From assembly GCA_965198175.1 (NCBI GenBank), contig OZ240245.1, positions 256,001-320,000 on the forward strand: 64,000 nucleotides of DNA, written 5' to 3'. This stretch comes from Candidatus Poribacteria bacterium (GTDB lineage Bacteria; Poribacteria; WGA-4E; PCPOR2b). Every line of letters starts with the position of its first letter. The first letter of the stretch is position 1. The notes beneath the pieces were generated by a model. It saw nothing but the letters and a program-made list of their open reading frames with translations. It searched no databases and had not been told where the DNA came from. A program made the translations under genes and the position numbers. Shown piece by piece: positions 9,774 to 19,641 of this stretch.

Positions 9774-12700
9774 ATGAAAACACTCAATAATGGGGATCGG
9801 ATTGTAGTCGCACCAGCGGCTGAAAATAAACGGAATCAGAAGCCCGGTTTGAAAATCGACAGATACTTCACGACGCCCGGTGTGCATCCGTTTGAGGAAA
9901 TTGAGTGGGAACATCGGGACTCCGGAATTTACGACGAGAAGGGCAACGTCATCTTCCAGCAAACGGCGGTAGAAGTGCCGACTGGTTGGTCTCAATTAGC
10001 GACTGACATCGCAGCCTCGAAATATTTCCGTAAAGCCGGTGTGCCCGGAACCGGACAAGAAACAAGCGCCCGCCAACTCATTCGACGTGTCGCTCATACC
10101 ATTCGCCAATCTGGCGAAGAAATGGGGGGATACTTTGCCGCGCCCGAAGATGCCGAGACCTTCGAGGCGGAACTGACCCATCTGCTCATTACCCAACGCG
10201 GCGCATTCAACTCGCCGGTGTGGTTCAACTGCGGGCTCTGGCACGAATACGGTATCAAAGGCAGCGGCGGCAGTTACTGCTGGGATTTTGAAACGGAAAG
10301 CGTCCAGACAACAAAAAACGCCTATGAGCGGCCGCAGAACTCAGCCTGTTTTATTCAGAGCGTGAATGACTCTCTAGATTCAATGCTCGCACTGCAAAAA
10401 TCCGAAGTGCGTCTATTTAAATATGGTTCGGGCACCGGTTCCAACTTCAGCCAGATTCGAGCGAAAGGCGAGTCGCTCTCAGGCGGCGGGGCAAGTTCAG
10501 GCGTACTCTCCTTCCTCGAAGGCTTTGACCGCTGGGCGGGCAGTATCAAGAGCGGCGGCACCACACGCAGAGCTGCGAAAATGGTTATCCTCGATATGGA
10601 TCATCCCGAAATTGTGGACTATATCGATTGGAAACTGCGCGAGGAAAAGAAAGTTCAAGCGTTGATCGCCGGCGGTTATCCCGCAGATTTCAACGGTGAA
10701 GCGTACCGCACCATTAGCGGGCAAAATAGCAACAACTCAGTGCGAATCCCCGATGCCTTCATGGAATCATACCTAAATGACGGAGAGTGGAAGACGACCT
10801 ACCGTGTAAGCGGTGAAGTCGCAACTGAATATAAAACAAAGTGGTTGATGGACAAAATTGCGCATGCAGCTTGGGCGTGCGCCGACCCCGGCGTTCAATT
10901 CGACGACACTATCCAACGTTGGAACACCTGCAAGAGTAGCGACCGGATTAACGCGACGAACCCGTGTTCCGAATTCGTGTTTTTGGATGATACCGCCTGC
11001 AACCTCGCAAGTATTAACCTTGCGAATTTCTTGCAGGATGACGGCACGTTTGACGTGGGTGCCTTTCGTCAGGCTGTTCGTGTCTTCATCACAGCCATGG
11101 AAATTATCGTCGACCTGTCAGCCTACCCCATGGAGAAAATTGCACAGCGATCACACGAATTTCGGCCACTCGGTCTAGGCTACGCAAATCTGGGCACACT
11201 GTTGATGTTGAACGGAATTCCTTATGACAGCGGCGAAGCCCGCGCTTGGGCAGCGGCAATCTCGGCAATCTTGTCAGGACACGGCTATCGAACAAGCGCC
11301 GAGATAGCGGGCAGTGTCGGTCCCTTCCCCAAATTTGAAGTGAACAGCCAGTCGATGTTAGAAGTCATGCAGATGCATCGCGACGCAGCCTACAAGATTT
11401 CCGAAGACGTCTGCCCTGATAACCTGCTCGAAGCCGCACGGGAAGACTGGAACATCTGCCTTCAGTTGGGCGAACGCTTTGGCTACCGCAATTCCCAAAT
11501 CTCGGTCATCGCACCCACCGGCACAATCGCTTTCCTGATGGACTGCGACACAACTGGAATCGAACCGGACTTCGCACTTGTGAAGTTCAAAAAACTCGCC
11601 GGTGGCGGTCACTTCAAAATTGTCAACCAGAGCGTGCCAAAAGCCATGGAGCGGCTCGGCTACACCCCAAAGCAAATCGAAGAAATCGTCAGCTATATCG
11701 TCGGCACCGCGTCGCTGCGTGGAACGCCAATCAACACAGAAAGACTCAAGGCGAAGGGCTTTACTGACGAAGAGTTGATGAAGATTGAATCGGATTTGCC
11801 CACCGCTTTCGATCTGAACATCGCTTTCTCACCCGGCACTCTCGGTGAAGCATGTCTGAAGCGGTTGGGAATTAGCGCCGAAGAAGCGCAGGAACCCGGC
11901 TTTAATATCTTGCGTTTTCTGGGCTTCAACCGCGACGAGATTGATGCTGCCGAAGAAATAATCTGTGGACGCGGCACTGTCGAGGGCGCGCCGCACCTCA
12001 AGTTGGAACACTACCCCATCTTTGACTGCGCCAACAAATGCGGTAGGATTGGCACGCGCTATATCGAACCGATGGGACCCGTCAAGATGATGGCGGCTGT
12101 CCAGCCTTTCATCAGCGGCGCTATTTCAAAGACAGTCAATCTCCCCAGTGAGGTTTCCGTAGAAGAAATCAAGCAGGTGTACGTCGAGGCGTGGAAGTTG
12201 GGCGTTAAGTGCATGGCTGTCTACCGAGACGGCAGCAAGAGCAGCCAACCGCTCTCCACAACCAGCCGGCAGGAGACAGAGGAGGAACAACCTGCGATAC
12301 AGGTTGAATATCGTCCCGTCCGCAAACATCTACCCGACGAACGACAGTCGATTACCCACAAGTTCACCGTTGCTGGGCACGAAGGCTACCTCACAGTCGG
12401 GTTTTACGAGGATGGGAGGCCCGGCGAAGTATTCCTCCGAATGTCCAAGGAGGGGTCGGTCATCTCCGGATTGATGGATACTATCGCAACCATGACCTCC
12501 GTCGCGCTTCAGTACGGCGTGCCGCTGGAATCGCTTGTCGAAAAATTCAGTCACAAACGGTTTGAACCGTCGGGTTACACCAAAAATAAGGACATTCCAA
12601 TTGCGAAGTCGATTATCGACTACGTCTTCCGCTGGCTCGGTTTGAAGTTTCTTGCCCAAAGCCAACCTGTGGAAGATGAAAGCCTCGAAGATCAACTTGT

Positions 12701-12929
12701 AGATCCCCGCCAACTCCACCCCTACGGCGGAATTAGTGACGTTCAGGATGGTAATGCTTCCTCTGCTATACTACCAAGCGGACAGCGCGCACGATTGGAA
12801 GCGCAAGAAAAACGAGTCGCTTCCATGCAGTCCGACGCACCGCCATGTCACGCTTGCGGCTCAATCATGGTACGTAACGGAACGTGTTACCGATGCCTGA
12901 ATTGCGGCGAAACCAGCGGCTGTTCGTAA
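9774..12929 (+). CDS. nrdJ: Class II (adenosylcobalamin-dependent) ribonucleotide reductase
   Basis: FNSPVWFN, PQNSACFI, TNPCSE, IAPTGTI, SGAISKTVN, TSCPD-like region, C-terminal Zn-ribbon ending GCS. Confidence 0.96.
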   Translation: MKTLNNGDRIVVAPAAENKRNQKPGLKIDRYFTTPGVHPFEEIEWEHRDSGIYDEKGNVIFQQTAVEVPTGWSQLATDIAASKYFRKAGVPGTGQETSARQLIRRVAHTIRQSGEEMGGYFAAPEDAETFEAELTHLLITQRGAFNSPVWFNCGLWHEYGIKGSGGSYCWDFETESVQTTKNAYERPQNSACFIQSVNDSLDSMLALQKSEVRLFKYGSGTGSNFSQIRAKGESLSGGGASSGVLSFLEGFDRWAGSIKSGGTTRRAAKMVILDMDHPEIVDYIDWKLREEKKVQALIAGGYPADFNGEAYRTISGQNSNNSVRIPDAFMESYLNDGEWKTTYRVSGEVATEYKTKWLMDKIAHAAWACADPGVQFDDTIQRWNTCKSSDRINATNPCSEFVFLDDTACNLASINLANFLQDDGTFDVGAFRQAVRVFITAMEIIVDLSAYPMEKIAQRSHEFRPLGLGYANLGTLLMLNGIPYDSGEARAWAAAISAILSGHGYRTSAEIAGSVGPFPKFEVNSQSMLEVMQMHRDAAYKISEDVCPDNLLEAAREDWNICLQLGERFGYRNSQISVIAPTGTIAFLMDCDTTGIEPDFALVKFKKLAGGGHFKIVNQSVPKAMERLGYTPKQIEEIVSYIVGTASLRGTPINTERLKAKGFTDEELMKIESDLPTAFDLNIAFSPGTLGEACLKRLGISAEEAQEPGFNILRFLGFNRDEIDAAEEIICGRGTVEGAPHLKLEHYPIFDCANKCGRIGTRYIEPMGPVKMMAAVQPFISGAISKTVNLPSEVSVEEIKQVYVEAWKLGVKCMAVYRDGSKSSQPLSTTSRQETEEEQPAIQVEYRPVRKHLPDERQSITHKFTVAGHEGYLTVGFYEDGRPGEVFLRMSKEGSVISGLMDTIATMTSVALQYGVPLESLVEKFSHKRFEPSGYTKNKDIPIAKSIIDYVFRWLGLKFLAQSQPVEDESLEDQLVDPRQLHPYGGISDVQDGNASSAILPSGQRARLEAQEKRVASMQSDAPPCHACGSIMVRNGTCYRCLNCGETSGCS

Positions 12930-12970
12930 AGCGCTAGTGCTCCATCATCCAGGACCAGGTTCGTATCTAA

Positions 12971-13024
12971 AAGGGCATCACGTCGGATTTTAATCCGGTT
13001 TCAACGCGATGTCCTTATTGTTTT
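12971..13024 (+). terminator. Probable terminator hairpin after nrdJ
   Basis: aagggcatc...gatgtcctt stem followed by T-rich sequence. Confidence 0.45.
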
Positions 13025-13129
13025 AGCATTGATTATTACTCACAATTATCTACAATTGTTTTCAGCGAATGGTCTTTTGTCATTAGCTTTCAAACCACAA
13101 CTTCTTCTAGAAGGAAAAGGTGCTCTGCC

Positions 13130-13987
13130 GTGCATCAAGATTCTCCCGTTAAACAGCAGTTTTTTTGCTTACTGAACAACTTCGTATCATCGCTAGACCA
13201 ACATGTTAGCACGGACGATGGGCAGTGGCGTGTAAAGGGGTTTATTGATGTATGCAAGAACATCTACACGATTTCTTCGGATACCAAGATAACATCAAAA
13301 ATTCTTGAGATACACTTGTTGCCTCAGATACTTGAGTTTGCACAACATATCGGATACCGGGTGGTTCTCGCCAAACATCAGAACTACTATCCAGATATCT
13401 CTTTCGTGCATGCCAATGACGAACGCATCAAGTTTGCATTTGATTTCAAAACTACATATCGTCTGTCCGATAATCCGGAATTTTGCAATGGATTCACTTT
13501 GGGATCCCATGGAGCATATTTCGTAAATAGGGGTAGTTCAAAGAATATTCAATTCCCCTATGGGCAATACCAAGCGCATTTTTGTCTGGGAATTATCTAC
13601 AGCCGACATTCGGAATCAAGGGCAAATGAATCTCGTACCTACAAGATTGAGGAACTGCACTCAATTGCGTCCGTAATCAAGAATTTCAGGTTCTTCGTCG
13701 CGGAAAAATGGAAGATTGCAAGCGATAAAAGTGGCAGTGGAAATACCGCAAACATTGGTAGTATCACCAGAATCGATGATATAGTATCGGAACGAGGTAT
13801 GTTTTCAATCTTAGGCGAGAATTGGTTCGATGATTACTGGATGAACTATGGCAAGATTACCATCTCCGAAGATCAAGGCAAAACCAAGCGAATTACTAAC
13901 TTGCGAGATTTTGTGGCATACAGAGGAGGCGATGTTGGTCTTATTGTACCCAAAGCAAGTAAAAAAGCTGTGAGGCGCGAGAGCTAG
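13130..13987 (+). CDS. EcoRV-family type II restriction endonuclease
   Basis: SSDTK..SK..E, QNYYPD...DFKTTY, FTLG and GSGNTANIGS match the EcoRV catalytic and recognition loops. Confidence 0.88.
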   Translation: MHQDSPVKQQFFCLLNNFVSSLDQHVSTDDGQWRVKGFIDVCKNIYTISSDTKITSKILEIHLLPQILEFAQHIGYRVVLAKHQNYYPDISFVHANDERIKFAFDFKTTYRLSDNPEFCNGFTLGSHGAYFVNRGSSKNIQFPYGQYQAHFCLGIIYSRHSESRANESRTYKIEELHSIASVIKNFRFFVAEKWKIASDKSGSGNTANIGSITRIDDIVSERGMFSILGENWFDDYWMNYGKITISEDQGKTKRITNLRDFVAYRGGDVGLIVPKASKKAVRRES

Positions 13988-13989
13988 TT

Positions 13990-14946
13990 ATGAAAGTCAT
14001 GATTCCTCCGATAAAGTGCCAAGGGATCAAAAGAAAGATTCTTCCTTTAATCAAAAGGGCAATGGATTGGTCTTTTGAAGGTACGTGGATTGAACCCTTT
14101 ATGGGGTCAGGTGTCGTTGGTTTCAATATCATGCCACGCCGTGCAATCTTCGCAGATAGCAACCCCCATTCGATTGCCTTGTATAGAGCCATTGCTAGTG
14201 GAAAGGTAGATGGCTTTAAGGTGAGAAGATTTCTTGAACGCGAAGGGCAGATGCTTGCAAATTGTGGTGCAGATTACTATTATGAAGTACGCGCTCGGTT
14301 TAACGGAACACATGATCCTCTTGACTTTCTGTTTTTGAACCGTTGTTGCTTCAATGGGATGATTCGGTTCAATCGCAAAGGCGGCTTTAATACGCCTTTC
14401 GGGCACAAACCGCAACGGTTTTCTAAGGCATATGTCACAAAGATTGTTAATCAAGTTGATTACGTGTCCATTATTTCGAAAAATTCTAATTGGTCAATTG
14501 TTTGCCAAGATTTTAGAGAAACACTAAAAGGGGTTTCTGAGGACGATTTCATCTACTGCGATCCGCCTTATGTCGGGCGTCACACAGATTATTTTGATAG
14601 CTGGGACGAAGAGAGTGAGCAACAACTGTTCGCGATTCTAAGCCGATTGCCTTGCAAATTCATCCTGTCAACGTGGCATAGCAATCAGTATAGGAAAAAC
14701 GTATTCCTCGATACACTGTGGTCAAAATTCAATGTCGTAACCAAGGAACACTTCTATCACATTGGAGCGAGGATGGAAAATAGGAAACCCATACTCGAGG
14801 CCCTTGTGATGAATTTTACGCCAAGGCACCTGCATGAAGAACCTACCAATCCCCCTGAACAACTAAGAATTTTTGAAAAACTCAAGGAGTATCAAAGACA
14901 CAAAAGTTCAGATCCAGAAAATCAGTCTCTCTTTCATCCAATGTAA
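13990..14946 (+). CDS. Dam/M.EcoRV-family DNA adenine-N6 methyltransferase
   Basis: EPFMGSG motif I, FNGMIRFN..G.FNTPFG, YCDPPY motif IV. Confidence 0.92.
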   Translation: MKVMIPPIKCQGIKRKILPLIKRAMDWSFEGTWIEPFMGSGVVGFNIMPRRAIFADSNPHSIALYRAIASGKVDGFKVRRFLEREGQMLANCGADYYYEVRARFNGTHDPLDFLFLNRCCFNGMIRFNRKGGFNTPFGHKPQRFSKAYVTKIVNQVDYVSIISKNSNWSIVCQDFRETLKGVSEDDFIYCDPPYVGRHTDYFDSWDEESEQQLFAILSRLPCKFILSTWHSNQYRKNVFLDTLWSKFNVVTKEHFYHIGARMENRKPILEALVMNFTPRHLHEEPTNPPEQLRIFEKLKEYQRHKSSDPENQSLFHPM

Positions 14947-15095
14947 GGCATCCCGAATTCTATCACTTTGGATTCAGATGTCCCATTTGGTTCAACCGAG
15001 TTGAGCATTTTGGACAAGCCATTTTGTTGCGGTGCTACGATTGTTTATGATATTACAATGTCGAAAGTTTCATTTCAAATTTCCCCCATCCTAAT

Positions 15096-15328
15096 AGTTC
15101 TTGTAGGTTGGGTAGAGCGGTGTTGGCGAAACACACCACATAGGGTAAATCTGTTCCGGGCGTTAAACCCGGTTCAAACTTGTTACGATGCAGCGAAACC
15201 CAACGCTTTTCTTGTCACATTGTGATGGAGATGCGAGACATTTGATTGCCGTTCGAAATTGCCGATTTGGTCGGGGAAGCATAGAAATGCTAGGTTTCGC
15301 CGTTGGCTCTACCCAACCTACAAGAACT
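15096..15328. repeat. REP-doublet (REPIN-like) element with a 23-bp perfect terminal inverted repeat
   Basis: agttcttgtaggttgggtagagc (15096-15118) is the reverse complement of 15306-15328; GTAG-type ends; inner gcgaaacccaac/ggtttcgc arms. Confidence 0.8.
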
Positions 15329-15345
15329 GAGAGACACAAATAACT

Positions 15346-17298
15346 ATGAACGAACATGATGCTGCGCCTGAATTAGGTCATTTCTTAACCCATCGCCATT
15401 GGGTAGAAGCCTTGAAATTGTTGAAGTATCAACTTAAAAGAAAAAAGACAAATAGACACTTCCGCACCCTTGAGATGTCTTACTACGAAAAACTAGAGAA
15501 CTCCTTTGAGAAATTACTGGATGTAGAATATTTCAATACTAGAATAGCGAATAATCTTTTTTACGGTTTGAGCAAAGAATTCGCTGTGGTTCCGTACACG
15601 ATTCCGAAATCTAATCTAGGATTGCGCCGGTATAAGTTTATGACTTGTCCCATGCGAGTCCTCTACTACGCTGTCGGGATTTATCTGCTTGAACTTTCAC
15701 AAGCATATCTTCAAGATTACAAATCAAACAAGCATATTCGCTCCGGCTATGGCGGGAATCTGGGGTTCAACGATAAGGGAGAACTCATTCTTAAACCTGA
15801 TCGCATTTATTACAAATCACACTATAAGAACTTTTGCAGAGAGATAAGAATGCAAAACGATGGTGACACGGCGCGTAAAGTTGTTATTCGCTTAGACATA
15901 CAAAACTACTTTGATGAACTCAATATACCCATACTCTTGAAGTTGCTAGAGGAGCGCGTCAAACCGAGCATTTGTAAAAAGATGCATTTTTATAAGACCA
16001 CGCTAGTCCAGCTCGTCTCATTCTTTGATTTCGTCGCAGGGAGCAAATTGGGAATCCCCCAATCAGACAACAACATAATTTCCCATTTTATCGGTCATCT
16101 TTTTCTGGTCTTTGGGGATCTATTTCTTGATGAGGAACTGCGTTATAACGAAGAATCAGTAGAAAGCCACGCGATTATCCGTTACGTTGACGATTTATAT
16201 ATTTCAATCACCTTCAAGAAGCAGGACAGGGATTTAAAGACCAAATCTCTCAACTCGCTAGGCCCTCGTATTGCTGACTGCCTTCATAAAGAGTTGGGGC
16301 TTCGGCTTAATCCGAAAACAAGGCTTTTCGACCTTGGAAACGAAGACGACAGAGAGGCGCTTGAACGAAATTTGAAGCTGGTTTCAGAAGGCAATGAAAT
16401 TGCAGATGAAGATAACACTCGGCCCGAAGAAAAGATTGAGAATATTCTTTACCAGTTAACAAAGCTAAAGTGTTTTCCCATCGCTCCTAACTTTCCCGAA
16501 CATTGCAAGTCGGATTGCGGTGAAGAGAAATTCAATGAAGAAATTTTCAAAGACGCACTCAAAGGGGTATATGATGAGACAGTTCAGCAGATGCTGGAAA
16601 TGCCTAGGATAAAGTTCCGTTTGAAAGAGATATTTATAGGTTCAGGCGGCTTTGATTTTGAGTTGGTTAACGTATACCCAATGCCAATCATAATTCTGAT
16701 AATGGCGTGCGCTGACGTACGAAAGGAGTTCAAAGAATTCCTTTGCTCCAAAACACATCTAACGTCGAGGGATATATATCTTGCGCTTAATTATCTTTGT
16801 CAGAAAGATTTTACTCAGGACACGTTATTCAATCTACTCAGAAATGACCCCCCGATGAAACAAATTTTGGATATTTTCGACGGAGAGGGGTTGTCATCAG
16901 AACTTCTTGGTTATTATGCGTTAACGGAAAAACAAACCCTAAGAATCACTCAACCCAATATAATAGAGCAGATTAGATTAAGAACTTTGGCTGAACAAAA
17001 AGCGGACTACTCCGTTGCTTTGAGCCATCTACTTAACGAAATTCACGCTATCTGTCATCTATTGGACAGTAGAAGCTCAACCTTAAGAAAATATGATGCA
17101 CCGAAAGTGATCGAATATCTCACGAGCAAAAATGTCCCTCACGAAACGAAAGATCGAATTCGGAATCTGTTTGACCGGCGGAATTATAGCCCTGTTTCGC
17201 ATCCCGATCCCGTTGCTGAGTCAGTCGCTATAGAAGAGTATGAAGTTTATCGTAGTCATGTTGGCAGATGCCTTAAACACCTTCTTAAGATAATGTAA
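15346..17298 (+). CDS. abiA: AbiA-family abortive-infection reverse transcriptase with C-terminal HEPN-like motif
   Basis: RT motifs IPKS..GLR, RLDIQNYF, GIPQ, IRYVDD, LRLNPKT. N-terminus (LTHRHWVEA..NRHFRT) and C-terminal RRNYSPVSH resemble lactococcal AbiA as recalled. 650 aa. Confidence 0.85.
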   Translation: MNEHDAAPELGHFLTHRHWVEALKLLKYQLKRKKTNRHFRTLEMSYYEKLENSFEKLLDVEYFNTRIANNLFYGLSKEFAVVPYTIPKSNLGLRRYKFMTCPMRVLYYAVGIYLLELSQAYLQDYKSNKHIRSGYGGNLGFNDKGELILKPDRIYYKSHYKNFCREIRMQNDGDTARKVVIRLDIQNYFDELNIPILLKLLEERVKPSICKKMHFYKTTLVQLVSFFDFVAGSKLGIPQSDNNIISHFIGHLFLVFGDLFLDEELRYNEESVESHAIIRYVDDLYISITFKKQDRDLKTKSLNSLGPRIADCLHKELGLRLNPKTRLFDLGNEDDREALERNLKLVSEGNEIADEDNTRPEEKIENILYQLTKLKCFPIAPNFPEHCKSDCGEEKFNEEIFKDALKGVYDETVQQMLEMPRIKFRLKEIFIGSGGFDFELVNVYPMPIIILIMACADVRKEFKEFLCSKTHLTSRDIYLALNYLCQKDFTQDTLFNLLRNDPPMKQILDIFDGEGLSSELLGYYALTEKQTLRITQPNIIEQIRLRTLAEQKADYSVALSHLLNEIHAICHLLDSRSSTLRKYDAPKVIEYLTSKNVPHETKDRIRNLFDRRNYSPVSHPDPVAESVAIEEYEVYRSHVGRCLKHLLKIM

Positions 17299-17368
17299 TG
17301 ATGCCTCCGGCTGCGCCAAAGGTGGTGCACTGTGTCGCATCCTACGACATCAGCACATCAATCACCCT

Positions 17369-17588
17369 GTAGGTTGGGTAGAGTGGTATTGATGACGCAC
17401 ACAACATAGAGAAGAGAGAATCTGTTCCGGGCATTGATGCCGTTCGAATCTTGTTACAATGTAGCGTAACCCACACGATCAAGCGACCGAACAGGGAGCG
17501 CGATAGTTTTGGTGTCGGTGAAGACTATCGCCCTCGTTATTCACTCGGTTGATCGTATGAGTTTCGCCACTAGCCCAACCCAACTTAC
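17369..17588. repeat. Second REPIN-like copy, interrupted by a 78-bp GATC-ended repeat (17477-17554)
   Basis: First ~105 bp are collinear with 15103-15207; right end reads gtttcgcc..cccaacccaacttac. Confidence 0.8.
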
Positions 17589-17975
17589 AATAGCCAGATA
17601 AGTTTGCGGAGTTGCAAACCCGTTGGCAAACGCGAGCGTAATCTCCATTTTGCGAAACAAACCCAAAACGAACCCAAATTTTCCGCCGACGAATCCTCCT
17701 CCTGAAAAGCAAGTCTGGGGAAGTTAGGTTTGTAAGTTACCGGAACACAAACGGCATTTGCTGGGTGGATACGGTTGTTGCTGGTATACGCTTTCTTCCG
17801 TTCTGTATTTTAACGAAACTTTATATCATTGCACAAATTTTCTACTTCTGATAAGATATACTGAAGTTTGGACAATTTCACAGGATGCTGACAGGTCTCA
17901 ATGAGAATCACTTACATTGCGCACTTTCCGAGACGCCACATGGTAGTAGTAATTTTCAAATAGGAGATCCGAAAA

Positions 17976-18203
17976 ATGGTTGATGCAATGCCCTATATTC
18001 CTTTTCATCGTGTGAAGGATTGGAAAACTGGTGATAGGATCACCGTGGATGGTAATCCTGGGAAAATCCATGACATTGCTCAATTTGAGAATCCTTCAGG
18101 GTCAGGAGAAAAAATTGCGTCCATCGGTGTGGAATACGACAATGAACCAGGTGTTATTAGGCTAGTTGACTTTGATGTCCACCAACTCGAACCCGAACGC
18201 TAA
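17976..18203 (+). CDS. Small hypothetical protein, possible SH3-like beta-barrel
   Basis: AGGAG RBS; GDRITV..PGKI..IGVEYD pattern. Confidence 0.65.
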   Translation: MVDAMPYIPFHRVKDWKTGDRITVDGNPGKIHDIAQFENPSGSGEKIASIGVEYDNEPGVIRLVDFDVHQLEPER

Positions 18204-18340
18204 CAACTACTCATCGACCCCGACCAGAGAAGACGTCGCCCTCCGCCACTATTCAGAATGCAAGTGGCTTCTGCGATCTTGACCCAATCTTCCTACCGAT
18301 AGAGCGAATTGCCTCACTAAATAATTCGTCAGGAATTGAA

Positions 18341-19222
18341 GTGGAACAGCAAAGCCAAGCAATATTGACAACAGAGTTATCTGAGCAGATTGCCGCATGC
18401 ACTTTTTCTAAAGCAGATTTGCAATCCATATGTGAAAAATTGCAAGAGTCGAGTTATGAAGCAGCGGAGGAGGAAATAAGCCACTATATGCCGCTAGATC
18501 GGCCGCCGGAACAAATTCTCGCAGACAGAGAAACACTTCGGTTGGGATTTGAACTACAAGTAGCCGTGCGAGGGGTAGGTGATAAACAAGTTGTTGGAAC
18601 TATTCCAGTGGTGTTTAACTCTCCTCGTTTTCCGGAGAAGGTTAAGAGTCTTTACATTGACAGTGCCCTGAATCTAAAAAATTTATATAATTGGTCTCCG
18701 AGAAATCATTTTGAGTTGATTTTGGATTTTACTAAACCCGAACTGTTCAATCTATCACTGTCGCCTTCAGCATCCACCCCAAATGACAGCAATATTTTGG
18801 TTTCTGGGCGAAATGAAACTTGGGTTAATGGAGTATACCATGCTGTAATGGAGTTCGTCAAAAACAGAAAAACGCGCCGCCGATTTCTTCACAAACGTGG
18901 CATTTATGATTTGCTTGCTATCTTTATAGGGTTTCCATTTGCGTTTTGGATAGCATTCAAGTTATCCGGGTGGATAAACACCTTGTTCGGTGGCTTCTCG
19001 GTCTTTGTTCGAAATGGTGCGTATGTCTTTCTATTCCTTGTGTCGCTAAATTTATTCAAAGCTTTGTTTGACTATGCTAGATGGACTTTTCCGATTTTAG
19101 AGTATAAGGGCACCACCGACACTGCTCGAAAACATAGATATATCTTGGGTATGCTAGCCCTAGCGGTTTTTGGAAATTTCCTCTATGATGTGATTAAGAG
19201 CGTAACCGCCCTAATCCATTAG
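18341..19222 (+). CDS. Hypothetical membrane protein (soluble N-domain plus about 3 C-terminal TM helices)
   Basis: 293-aa ORF with hydrophobic segments in the C-terminal third. Confidence 0.75.
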   Translation: MEQQSQAILTTELSEQIAACTFSKADLQSICEKLQESSYEAAEEEISHYMPLDRPPEQILADRETLRLGFELQVAVRGVGDKQVVGTIPVVFNSPRFPEKVKSLYIDSALNLKNLYNWSPRNHFELILDFTKPELFNLSLSPSASTPNDSNILVSGRNETWVNGVYHAVMEFVKNRKTRRRFLHKRGIYDLLAIFIGFPFAFWIAFKLSGWINTLFGGFSVFVRNGAYVFLFLVSLNLFKALFDYARWTFPILEYKGTTDTARKHRYILGMLALAVFGNFLYDVIKSVTALIH

Positions 19223-19641
19223 GTTCCCAGACTTGTCTTAGACGTGTTGACCATATTTCATAGCACAATTTGATTGTCAGTGTTTGCGGTTCAAGCTTTC
19301 CCAACCGAATGGCTATCCCCGCCCAAGTAGCCCATCTCGGCTTGTCAATGCCGACTGGTGAGAACACTGTCCCCGCGCACACTCCTACGACCGCTTAGAT
19401 TCCAATCTATTGAAGACATACGTCAACCTACCGTAGGAGACGTATCCTTACCTCAATAGTCGGGAGGAGAATCTCCTTCCCACACTGCAAGTTTACAGAG
19501 TTTTTCTCGGCGCAAAATGAAAGTCTGAAACCCACTTTTTGCGAAACGAACCCAAATTGTTCACGCGAACAAACCTACGGAGAAAACGTCCATCGTCAGT
19601 TCCCCTATCCAATGCCGGTGAGGTCTCTTTAGAACGCTTTT

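Noticed and set aside
9433..9777. 114-aa ORF before nrdJ
   Set aside because: Starts within a repeat, has atypical composition and overlaps the nrdJ start region.
13990..14946. Link between the Dam-family methylase and the GATC-ended repeats
   Set aside because: Pairing with an EcoRV-like nuclease points to a GATATC-type target; there is no evidence for GATC specificity.
15346..17298. RT as a retron, DGR, group II intron or CRISPR-associated RT
   Set aside because: No VTG retron motif, maturase domain, avd gene, template/variable repeat pair or cas gene. Termini match AbiA, and the upstream IR ends recur elsewhere (8787, 9131, 17369, 35381).
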